Part shown: piece by piece, positions 24,204 to 35,437 of the stretch
Position numbering within the stretch: position 1 is the stretch's first letter
How the letters are laid out: every line of letters begins with the position of its first letter
Assembly (NCBI GenBank): GCA_965178125.1
Contig: OZ237740.1
Coordinates: 496,001-560,000, forward strand
Reading direction: 5' to 3'
DNA: 64,000 bases
DNA from: Bilabrum cf. latius
Taxonomy: Eukaryota
The notes under the pieces: generated by a model
The model's input: the letters and a program-made list of their open reading frames with translations, nothing else
What the model was told of the DNA's origin: nothing
The model's database searches: none
Made by a program: the position numbers and the translations under genes

Positions 24204-27200
24204 TCACTTGCAAGTGGCATACACAGTGGATACACTAACACCCTGAATGTCCAGCTTGTAGTCCTGTTCCGGTACACCGACTGCCAGGGCTCGCCTGGAT
24301 GCATCGTAGCGAGCTTGCTCTGCGTCATTCAGGGTTTGATCGGGCGTCGAGAACCAGCCCGAATCTAGATGCCTGTGCTCTCGGACTGCGTTGGCGTACG
24401 CTGTACGAGCTGCCTCCAGCCCGCGCCTGGCATCATCAGCCTCGCTGGCCTTCGTTGGAAGGTAGTGGTCCAGCCACTTCATACCAGTACCACCCGTCGC
24501 CATCACCTGCAGGCACATGTGCGTGCTGGTGTGACGGTGCTTCTGGGTGGTAGGGAACGGCTTCAGGTCTGACTCGACGTGGAAGGGGTGTCCGAAATTC
24601 ACACCAAGCACGGCGCGCATTGCATTCATGCCAACACTTCTGGTCTCCGCCATAGACTCCAGCCGAGGATACAGACTGCTGCCGCGACTCCCGCTGTTGC
24701 ATGCAGAGTTGAACTAAATCAACAGAGGAACTGGTTTGCCGGGCAGCGGCTTGACATACAGAGTCCAGGTGCCTGCCACAGGGAGCCTCTCACCAATTGA
24801 AGTAGCGTCCTCCCCTGGCTCAGATCCAACTGCCGATGTGCCAGCGTCTGTGAACATCGTCAGTGGGGCCACACGATCCACAGACACTTCCAGAAGCATA
24901 GCAGGATTCGCCTTTTTCACCGCGCTCTTTTGCTTGTCACCCCAGCTCAGCTGAATGCCGTACTCATACTGCATCGGTGCATCATCCAGCTGACAAGATG
25001 TCAAGCCTCGCCGCAGCCCGCTCAGCCCATACGACTGCAGCTTGAACGTGTTAGCCACATCGGCCGGATCCACCTTGCGGTAGATCACGTGGACTCCCCC
25101 GATGCTGTCCTCCCGCCCCTACGCACTCGGACTCGGACTCGGCGATGTATCAGGCGACCCCTCCTTGTCGTGCTGCAGCTTGCCAGTCGTGTACACGCCG
25201 GCCTCGGACCGAAGCAGGCTGCCCTCAACCGCGCGGAAGAGCGGCTTCGTCTTGCACTTCTCGCTCCCGATGCTGTGCAGGCCACCCCACACCAGCTTTG
25301 CACCTGTTGCCCCCGGCAGCATGATCTCCACAGGACGCACGTATCCCACTTCCAGCGGCGAGCAGAACGAGGACGCCAGACACACGTGCCGGGCCTGGCA
25401 CAGACCATACGGCTCTGAGTCGCCCATGACACCGCACCTAGGCAGCGGGTGCCTGCACGACCCTCCCTCCTGCTCAGCCTCTTCGCGGTACTTATCCGGG
25501 CAGTAGTCGCCAGTGCCCAGGATCGCATGCAGGGCGCGCTTCCGGATCGATTCGAGCTTAGTCAGCCGGCACGTCTCGCCCAGCAGCGCCTCTTTCCCCT
25601 CGGGCAGCGGCCTGCCGTACTTGTGCTCGAATGACGTGCACTCCAGGCTAGACGGCGGCTGGAACCGAGTGCCGCGGCGCTTGCCGCACGCCAGGTGGAT
25701 GCCGCTGCCATCGCCCCCAGCGGATCCATCAGCCCCTGACTCGCCAGAGACATACGACATGTAGTGTGACACTGAGCTGAGGCACGCTCTGCACGCGTCT
25801 GTCGCCTGCTGGTGGTACTCGTTGACGATCTTGGTGGTGGTGCTGCCGTCCGCATGCCTGTGCTCGTGCTCTGACTCGAACTTGTTCACGAGAGCAAACT
25901 CGGAGTCGTTCAGGTGGCAGGACTTGCGGAAGGCCTCGTGCTTCCTGGCCATCTCGTCGCAGTCCTGCAGCGGGTACGGCTTGGCCTCTGGGAATCCATT
26001 CGCGCTGCGCTCGTTGTGGATCTTGATCAGGTAGTTGAGCACCTCCTCGCAGTCTGCCTTGGGCAGGCCCGTCTCGGCCGACAGCCGCAGCAGCGTGCTT
26101 GCACCGTGCGACGCAAACACGTTGTGCGAGGCCTGCCGAATGCGCTCCTGCATGGCGGCTTCGATGAGGAACTTCCTGGCCTTGGCGGCTTGCAGCACCT
26201 GGGACAGCGGGATGTCCTTGCGCTCGTTGCCGTCGGCGTCCAGCATCTAGGTATCTCCGGACATGAAGCACATCCGGCCGACCGCTTCCATGCTCTCCAC
26301 CCTGCCGCGGCTCGACCGCTTGCCTGCCTCCATCGCTATGCGGGTGCACGCCTCCCAGTCGCCGAAGAGAGCCAGGCCGTGCAGGGCCCAGAACTTCATG
26401 TCCACCACGGCCGGCATCGTGTCCACCGTGGTGGCCCAGCGCTTGAGCCCAGCCATCATCGTCTCGCGGTCCTGCGTGGCGCTGACGAGGCTGGGCTCGC
26501 CTCCCCTGACGCTCACCGTGACGTCTGTGGCGAGCTGAGCAGTGCGCCGAGACTTGCCGGACGACCACGCCGCGCTGAGATCCACTCCTGCCTTGCCCCC
26601 ACTGGAGGCCAGCTCTGCCAGCTGCAGGGCCCGTTGGATGGTGGGCCCGTCCTCGCGGATGGAGCTGGTCTTGTACGAGGTGTCCACGACTTCCTCCCGC
26701 CCGTCCACGATGCGGGTGTACTTGGTGCTGGCGGTGGTGGTGTGGTTGGAGCGGGATGCCGTGAGGATATCACCGACTGAGATGGACTCTGCCGGGTCGA
26801 AGCTGGCCTGCAGGGAGAGGGCGGTGTCGGTGTGCTCGTCCGTGGAGAGCTTCTCGGAGCTGAACTTGCGGGTGACGGTGTACTCCCCTCCCATCGCGAT
26901 GCTCGTGGACACGAGTTCACCATACGTGTTAAGGAATCCAAGGTACTGATCCTGTACCCAATCAGGGACAGAAGCCCACAACTTCTGGAGGCCCTCGCGG
27001 CCGAGCGCCTTGCCAGGATAGAAGTCTTTGATGTACTCCACAGCATTGGAGGTGACGCGTAGTTGCAGAACAGCTCTCTTGAACTCATCCGTAAGCAGCG
27101 TCTCGTCAAGCACCAACTGGCACTCAATCGTTTCAAGTGCATCGTCAGTGGCTATTCCGATATCAAGGGGCCCTGCTCGTACTTCATGTGGCAGTAGCGG

Positions 27201-28054
27201 CGTAGTTGATCCATCTTTCCTGGCCTTATCCAGGCAGCCGACAGCGTAGATGCTCTCTGGAACACTCAGTGAATGCGTCAAGATGGTGCGGGTGGTAGAA
27301 ACGGTAGTCCCTTCATTAGCAGACTGCTGCGAAGAATCTGAAGACGTTGATGCGCTTATTCCAGCTACAATTGGACCTAAAGCGGCGCTGAGTCCGAGCT
27401 TGGTAGCGCGCTACGATGCCACATCGACGGCATCGCTACAGTGCTGCGCAGTACTGCTCGAAGTTGCCGTTGCCCTCCTCTACAGGTCAACCTGCGCAGC
27501 CATAAAGCAATTGAGGTTGCATCATTCTAGTCGTTTTTATTCATTTCATTTTCCAGTAGGCAGAATTCCGAACGTGGCTCTAATTTGTAGGCAGTATGAC
27601 GAGTGTAATGTTGCGCGCATTTCTTTTATTCGGATTTGGTTCTTGCGACCAAATTGTGGGCGCGCGCGCCCGGAAACATCGGGGGATCCGCATCATGGCT
27701 CCCAATGCGATCAATCGGCTCGAAATACAAACGAAGCAAGCTTACATCAATTCAAATATGATACTTAGCTCAAATTCTGTATAATCAAGATCTCACATAA
27801 TCTGGGACCCACACCATCCCCGTCGGCGGCAAAAAGTTACATTTTCCAGCAGCAATCGCTGTATTTTGTAGGACTTGACCGAGCTTGTAGTCCGGAAAAC
27901 CGGTTTTTCCGATTGAAAGAGTTGAAAATGATGATCCTATGGCGTCCAAACCAGATGCTGGCTTGCAGAGCTGGGCTGACCGCAATAGTTCATCTTCGGT
28001 AGCAGCTCGCACCTTGGTGCATGTAAGGGCAATCACAGCCAGCAAATAGTACAT
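24204..28054 (-). CDS. Secreted MACPF (perforin-like) protein A, ~1181 aa, with a Cys-rich C-terminal region; copy 2
   Basis: Exon 1 28054-27797 (signal-peptide-like MYYLLAVIALTCTKVRAA...VPDY), intron 27796-27492 (GTGAGA...GCGCAG, phase 0), exon 2 27491-24204 with 5 TAGs, ending TGA. MACPF-like motifs: EFKRAVLQL, YLGFLNTYGELVSTSIAMGG, VSVRGG, WATTVDTMPAVV. Confidence 0.8.
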
Positions 28055-28343
28055 ATCTGCTGCAAAACGTTGAACAGGAGGCAATTTGAGACACCTGCGT
28101 GCTTCAAGCTGCAAATCTGTCAGAGTTGTGGTTACAATTTGTCAACAGCATTTCCAGATTCGGAGCTGTCCAGGCGATGAGCAGACCTGTTTGCTCCACC
28201 TGCAGCTATTTCCAACCACTAGCTGGGATTATAACGTCCATCTGGAAAGCATGCAGCTATTTTGTAACAATACAGTGCACTTGAAAGCTGCAAGGTGGCC
28301 GTGGCCAGGTGATGCAGGAATTGGCCAACGCCACCGGCTCTTC
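28055..28343. promoter_or_regulatory. Putative shared bidirectional promoter of the MACPF pair (289 bp)
   Basis: Short, lower-GC spacer between the two inferred ATGs, conserved at 43115-43403. Confidence 0.5.
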
Positions 28344-31300
28344 ATGCTGGCAGCTATTTTACTCTGCATGGCCCCGCTGGTCCGCTCGAAAACAACCAAG
28401 GGGCTCAATCATACCATTATTGGTATGCATGAGCTGGGTAGAGGGCAGTCTGAGTGGACTCAAGATCCTATTCCGTCAATCCTTCTGTGAGCTCGCTCGA
28501 TACTACACACACCATAAATCAAGAAGCTTTTCGACGCAATCCGAACGCCCGAGTAATCTACTTAAATGATTTGGCGTCTACTACCTACGTTCAGCTCCTG
28601 TATTCCGTGTGTCGCAGGCTGTAGTGTGACGTGACAGCTGAAAAATCTCTGGGCTTCCTGTCGCTGCAACTCTTGCAAGGCAGCAATTCTCATGAGGCTC
28701 TTTAGTCTGCAGCATCCGGTATGATGCGTACAAGGGCTACTACGTACGATCCCCCAGCGACGCAGTGCACGGCTCTCGATCACCCCCTTCTGCAAGGCCA
28801 GTTGCTACCCCATCATGTGGCCTTCCACCAGATGTCCCTCGCAACCTCAGAAAAAGACTGCCGGTCTTCCGACAGGGCAGTCAAAGCTTCAACCTCATCT
28901 TCGTACACGATTGGACTGTCTGGTATGATCCCAACCCCTGTACTGACGCTCGACCTGGGGTTCTCGGTGTCCAGCAGCCACTCACTCGAGACTAGCACAG
29001 CCACTCAAGCCCGTGTTGTTTCAGTGTCAGAGACTCTCGAGACATACGGATTGAGCTTGCAGGGCCTTGCATTGACTCCTTCGTGTGAACAGAAGCAGGG
29101 AAGCGGCATGGCATGCGTGTCTGGATCATCCTTTCCCCTCAAGCAGCAGTACAAGCAGGCGGTTGAGTCGTTGCCAAGCCCACCGTCATGTTTGGAGAAC
29201 AGCACCGAGAAGCTACCCGCGAGCGGCCTAAACCTTATGGGGCTGCATTTCCACCACAGCAGAGGTACAACCATGGTAGTCGCCACGGTCCTCGGCGGCA
29301 AGATCTCACTGGTTCAGAGCTTCCAGCAGAACGAACGGGACGAGAATGAGGAGAGCGAGCAGTCCTATACCGCCGAGGTGTCCATGGAGAAGCTGTTAAC
29401 GACAACGACAGACATTGCAGTGTCAGAGGCAACTACTTCGCATCATTCTACTGTGTCAGATGGAGCCGGCGGAACCATCGAGCATACAACTGAGACAAAG
29501 GTCGTAGCGAGCCAAGAGACTGGACCTGAGGTGGTCAACGGCGACCGAGATTCTGCGGGCAGCCAGTACGCCAAAGGTGAAGCGGCAAAAGGGCTTGATT
29601 CCGTCATGACTGTGGCCAAGGGGGCAATGGACGCTGCCAGGGGGGCACACCTTAAGCTGCAGTTCGGCATGCAGTCAAAGCAGTCCAGGTCTTCCGCAGC
29701 AAGCGATGCTCTTGATCGTGTTCAAACAGAGGTGTCTGGAGGCATCGTTGGGCTGACCTCAGTGGCGCTCAGCCCTGAAGGGGGCGTCAGCGGGTCTGAG
29801 GCCGCATCGGCAGAGATTCATGGAGTGTCTCACTGGGTGGGGTCCGTCCAATCCGGTGGCACACCCCAGAGCCGTACCACGCAGAGCTTGCCCGTGGCAA
29901 TCGTGGACGAATCAGGATGCACCCCTGCCAACAGCCTGGAAATGATGCTTGCCGTGGAGAACAAGCAGTGGTGGCGAAAGGAAGCCACGGACCCCTAGGA
30001 GCAGCCTATCCAGGACCTTTCAGCGCCAGATGAGTCCAGCTCTTCGGAAGAAGGCGAGGCCGGTGGCAGCGACTCCAGTCCGCGAGCACCAGAAATTGGC
30101 AGCCTCGAGCAAGACGAAGATGGCAAGACCGATGCTGGTGAACAGATCGTGCCAGATGCATTGCTGCAGACAGCAGTGCGTGGGCACACAGAATCGGCGC
30201 TCGACCTGGCCTAGAAGGTGTTCGAAACAGTCCACCAGGACGGTAGCGCCAGCAAGCCTCTTCACAACGTGTTGAAACAGGCCGCCAGTAGCAGTTTGAG
30301 CAGCGCCCACTCCATCCGCTTCAAGAACTTCGGCACCTTGCTGCAGTCTGCAGCTATTGCCACGAGTCGGAATGGAGGGGAGTCCTGCAGGTCACTGCCG
30401 GGAATCGCCCAGACTGCAACGAACATCCAAGTCCTCGAAGACATCGGCCTGATGTGCTGCCGCGGCGGAGTCCACTGCTTGCCACGCGATCGTTCAACTG
30501 CAACGATGAAAACTGCAATGCGCGCGGAGCATGCAACTGCCTCGGAGTGGGTGGCGGCAGCCGGTGAGGCCAACGGCGAGAACGGCACGGTCACCCGAGC
30601 GCTGCTGGTTGCCGCCGCCGTGGAGCTGAGCACGATCGCGATTCCAAGCGACGCTGTACTGGTCGTGTCGGCGTCGTGCTGGCAATCTGAAGCTGTTGAG
30701 GCCACGTCTGGCATCGGAGACCGAACGGTGGTGGCGTACTATGACCAGGACTTGGAGACGTGGCTTGTGGCAGACAAGGATGCAACCCGGCTGCTGACGA
30801 TGACGGAAGCGTTCGGGTGCCTCCCAGCTGTGGACTTGTCCGAGGACGCCGAGGCTGCAATCCTGCTGCCCCGCAGCAAGACAGAGCACTTTGAGCCGAA
30901 GGCCTACGTTGCCGCGCTGCTCGCCTCTCGTTTCGTTGCCGAAGGAGACACCGAGCTACTACGCACGCTCATGACACGGGGCGTGATCAATTGGGCAGAC
31001 ATGGGCCAGGAGCAGAGTTTCGCGCTATAGGCCTACCAGCAGGAGCTAGAGGCTGCCGGTATTCTCCAAGCTAGTAGCAGCAGCAGCGGCTCGGAGCGGA
31101 GCGCGATCCTGCTGCAGTCACAAGGAGCCTCGTTCTCCTCGTCCGTGCGGGTGGAACGAGGTCAGCACCGGAGACTGAGGCGGAATCGAGCAACGCGGCA
31201 TGGGCATCTCCGGCACGATGCCGGGCATTCTGTCGCAGTCCAGCGTGGATTCCCTCATGTCAGGGTGCTGCAAGCGTCGCTGCGCGGGGTCGGGAGCATG

Positions 31301-31921
31301 CTACACGACGAAGACGTCAGTTTTCCTGCCTCATACATCGACACCCTCGGCGCCGAGCGAGACCTGAGGTACAACGAGGAGAAGCTGTGGAAGCAGCACG
31401 ACAAGTCGCTCCAGAAGGAGGTCTGCGTGAGCGGCGGCACGCACCGCGTGCTGGCCCGGCGGCAGTTCCTAGCGAAGACCAAGCAAGTGCTCCTTAACCT
31501 TTACAAGCAGCTACGGGTTGCGAACAAACAGGCAGAGCACGTGACGGTGAGTGCGCTCGGTCTCGGCGAAAATCTATGCAAGAGGGATTCTGCACGCACA
31601 GGACGCAGGGGGCGCTCTGGGGTCATCTCCACCCTGGGCACAGCAGGTGGGATCGCTCGGAAGGCAGCTCCTCAGTGTGAGGACAGCGCCGTCATGCATT
31701 CCACGTCCTCCGCCGTCAGGAACATCGCGAAAATGTCCGATGGAGGCTCTAGCACAGCAACAGCTGTGGCAAGCGAGCTTCGGGAGACAGTGATAAGGCT
31801 GGCTAGAGCTCGGGTGGAGGCAGACACCCCGGAGGTGACTACCCCTGGTGGCGAAAGCGCTGGCGCGCACACGCCAGCTCGTGATGCCTAGCCCTAGGAG
31901 CAAGCACAAGCAACAGTTTGA
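28344..31921 (+). CDS. Secreted MACPF (perforin-like) protein B, ~1148 aa; copy 2
   Basis: Exon 1 28344-28486 (signal-peptide-like MLAAILLCMAPLVRS; GMHELGRG), intron 28487-28617 (GTGAGC...TCGCAG, phase 2), exon 2 with 7 TAGs, ending TGA 31919-31921. Motifs: YKQAVESLP, FHHSRGTTMVVATVLGG, TEVSGG, WVGSVQSGGTP. Confidence 0.78.
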
Positions 31922-31933
31922 AGCGTTGGGTTA

Positions 31934-33130
31934 TTTTGACACAGTGGGAGTACGGTGCTGGCTGCAGGGGTCGCAGCAGCGCCTGAGACGGGTGGTCGCT
32001 TTTTGACACCGCGGGAGTACGGTGCTGGCTGCAGGGGTCGCAGCAGCGCCTGAGACGGGTGGTCGCTTTTTGACACGGCGGGAGTACGGTGCTGGCTGCA
32101 GGGGTCGCAGCAGCGCCTGACACGGATGGTCGCTTTTTGACACGGCGGGAGTACGGTGCTGGCTGCAGGGGTCGCAGCAGCGCCGAAGACGGGTGGTCGC
32201 TTTTTGACAAGGAGGGAGTACGGTGCTGGCTGCAGGGGTCGCAGCAGCGCCGAAGACGGGTGGTCGCTTTTTGACACGGCGGGAGTACGGTGCTGGCTGC
32301 AGGGGTCGCAGCAGCGCCGAAGACGGGTGGTCGCTTTTTGACACGGCGGGAGTACGGTGCTGGCTGCAGGGGTCGCAGCAGCGCCTGAGACGGGTGGTCG
32401 CTTTTTGACACGGCGGGAGTACGGTGCTGGCTGCAGGGGTCGCAGCAGCGCCTGAGACGGGTGGTCGCTTTTTGACACGGCGGGAGTACGGTGCTGGCTG
32501 CAGGGGTCGCAGCAGCGCCGAAGACGGGTGGTCGCTTTTTGACACGGCGGGAGTACGGTGCTGGCTGCAGGGGTCGCAGCAGCGCCTGAGACGGGTGGTC
32601 GCTTTTTGACACGGCGGGAGTACGGTGCTGGCTGCAGGGGTCGCAGCAGCGCCTGAGACGGGTGGTCGCTTTTTGACACGGCGGGAGTACGGTGCTGGCT
32701 GCAGGGGTCGCAGCAGCGCCTGAGACGGGTGGTCGCTTTTTGACACGGCGGGAGTACGGTGCTGGCTGCAGGGGTGGCAGCAGCGCCTGAGACGGGTGGT
32801 CGCTTTTTGACACGGCGGGAGTACGGTGCTGGCTGCAGGGGTCGCAGCAGCGCCTGAGACGGATGGTCGCTTTTTGACACGGCGGGAGTACGGTGCTGGC
32901 TGCAGGGGTCGCAGCAGCGCCTGAGACGGGTGGTCGCTTTTTGACACGGCGGGAGTACGGTGCTGGCTGCAGGGGTGGCAGCAGCGCCTGAGACGGGTGG
33001 TCGCTTTTTGACACGGCGGGAGTACGGTGCTGGCTGCAGGGGTCGCAGCAGCGCCTGAGACGGGTGGTCGCTTTTTGACACGGCGGGAGTACGGTGCTGG
33101 CTGCAGGGGTCGCAGCAGCGCCGAAGACGG
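31934..33130. repeat. Tandem array of ~18 units of 67 bp
   Basis: TTTTGACACGGCGGGAGTACGGTGCTGGCTGCAGGGGTCGCAGCAGCGCCTGAGACGGGTGGTCGC with a 67-bp period, starting ~12 bp after the MACPF-B stop. Confidence 0.95.
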
Positions 33131-33276
33131 AGGCTCGCTGAACAACTGTACTCGCTTTATATTCTCTTTGTACGCAATGCACATGGTGGAACCATACATA
33201 CGCCACCAACGTGTCCAGCGCACCAGACCTACAGCAGCAGAGGCCACGGCGTCCGCCCCTTCACGCTACCGTGCCC

Positions 33277-35437
33277 TCATCCGATCATCCCGGATGCCGG
33301 TGATATTCCCCTACAGCGCCTACGGGCAGTGCTTTTTGTATCAGTGCCAAGCATGGATGCTGATGCGTCAGACGGAGGGTAGTCTCTGTCGAACCTGCCA
33401 TTGTCCCACTGCTGGCTCCACTGCTCAGTTATGGCCACCCTGGCGCGTTCTGGCATGGGGGCAGTTGCAACCCCGCCCCTCGACACAGCGCTTCGAACCT
33501 GCCCGGCGGCCCCACGAGAGAACGCATCCGCAGCGGCGGGGTCGTAGGGAGCAGGCTGCCCACCTAAGCTGCAGGGCACGATGGTGCGGGGCATCGGCCT
33601 AGCGCTCTGGGGCCCTCGTGTCACCGATTCCCAGCCCGTTTACCCACCTCGCCCTCAAGCTCTTCACGGTTTCGATTCCGGATGGCTTCCAGGTTCGCTG
33701 CACCCATGGCTAGCTGCGCCGCGCATCGCAGCCGGTGCCTGCCCCTGCCGGATCCAGTGCCGGCACAGGCAGGCCTCCGGACAGCGGCAGCGGACACACG
33801 CCCATCCTCAGCCGCCTGCCCCGAAGATCCGTGCCAACCTCACCGCATTCCAATCTCATGTACTGCATGAGATCCATGCCTTCCCTCCGTGAGAGCACGA
33901 GCCCAGCGCACCCCCACCCCTCGACCACTCGGTACAGGCAAGGCACTCCCCTCACCACGACCCCGTCCCGACCAACCCCAGCACTGCCGTGCGATACATC
34001 CGACCGCTGTGTGGCCCCTGTCTCCACAAGCGCGAAGGCCCTCGCCCTCTCTAGTGCCTGTATCTCGCAGGTCTTCAAGCAAAGGCACCGCCTGCCTCGT
34101 GCTGCGCGCTGTGGTAGCGCCATTCAGCTGGGACCCTGAAGCGCCACCTGGTTTGCAATATCTTGCTCGTGGCCATTCCCAGGATATCAGCCCCACATTT
34201 CCGGATCACTCGAACAGCCCGCAAGTCCAACAATCGGATCAAAGCAGGTCAAGCGAGTCACCCGCCTGCCAGCCCTCGCCCTGCTGCCAGCCCACGGCCT
34301 CCCTGGCTTCTCTCCAGGCAGCAAACGTGGCCCACTTCACCATCACGGACCTAAAGGTGACGCAATCGGGCAGCAGCGGGGGCTCAAGCTCTGCCAGGGT
34401 TCTGATCACCGACTGTGTGGAGGCGTTCTTGTAGTTTCCGGCCATGATGTGCAGGTCCTTGCCCTCCCACTCGAGCTCACTGGCGGCAGCCGCTTCGTTC
34501 GCGATCGACCGCACCAAGCCTTGAACGTCGTGCGCAGTCGCACCGGACAATGCGACAATGTGCGCGTGTGGAAATAGCCAGGCGGCATCTTCGGAGGTCT
34601 GCACCATGCCCAATTCCCCCATGAGCCCGCTGTCGTACAGTAGGCTGGCCAGGTGGTCCCGCCGCCGCTCGTGGGTCCACTCCGACCACGGCGGCGTCCC
34701 CGATTCGGTTGCTGCAGGTGGTTGCGTCATTCCTTGCGAAGTTGCAACCCCTCGCATCGGAAGCGCGACCTACTCCAAGATCTCGTCCGAATCGGCCGCT
34801 GTGTCGTTCGCGAAGTGGTCCTTTGCCAAGCGCACGGTCCGCCTCATCATGTCGTTTACTCCGCCCTGCTTCCTGGCTGCACTCAGCAGAGCCACCAGGG
34901 CCTTGGCGTAGTCGCGGGGCTCCCACCGCCTGTCTGCCTGCATCACAAGGCTGGACGCCAGTGTTTCTTTCCTCAGTAGCGATGGCAGTACGATGCCCTT
35001 GGGGTCTTGCATGCCGACTGCATCGCCGGGGACCGCTCTTCACCTGCTGCACTACCAGTTGCTTCCATGGGACCGCCAGGCATCCCAATCAACGCTCCCA
35101 TGAGGGCGGGCGACAAATCAACCTGGCCAGCACTTGCAGCGAGCTGAGAACACGCCGTCAAGGGGGTCAGCCTCCTGACCAGCTGAAAGAGACCCACGTG
35201 ATCGAGTGGGATGCGGTCGCTGGCCAGCCTGGCACTCTGCAGACGAACGAATGCAATCGGCTGCCTAGGCATAATATGTCCAATCAGCATGCTGGAAGCA
35301 GCGTTAATGCCCTGTATGCCCAGTCCATGGTATCGCTGCTTTGCCTTGAGCCACGCGTCTGCATTCTCGGAGAGGGGAAAAAGGGAGACGAGCTCCAGAA
35401 CTCCCTTTTGGTTTTAGAGATCCCTCTACAGGTCAAC
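33277..35437 (-). pseudogene. 3' fragment of gene X, copy 2 (5'-truncated, frameshifted)
   Basis: Homologous to ~47600-49733. Has a small frameshifting deletion near 35030, a deletion near 34067 and a 45-bp insertion at 35371-35415. Homology stops at 35437. Confidence 0.8.

Noticed and set aside
31839-33247. Long ORFs (395-456 aa) across the 67-bp array, and similar ORFs at 23522-24246 and 46634-47570
   Set aside because: These are artefacts of stop-free repeat units whose length is not a multiple of 3, and copy number varies freely between duplicates.
33599-33601. A third TAG/CAG exchange (versus 47922-47924) as evidence for the code
   Set aside because: The coding frame here is uncertain and the change is also synonymous (GCT/GCC) in an alternative frame, so it was not counted.
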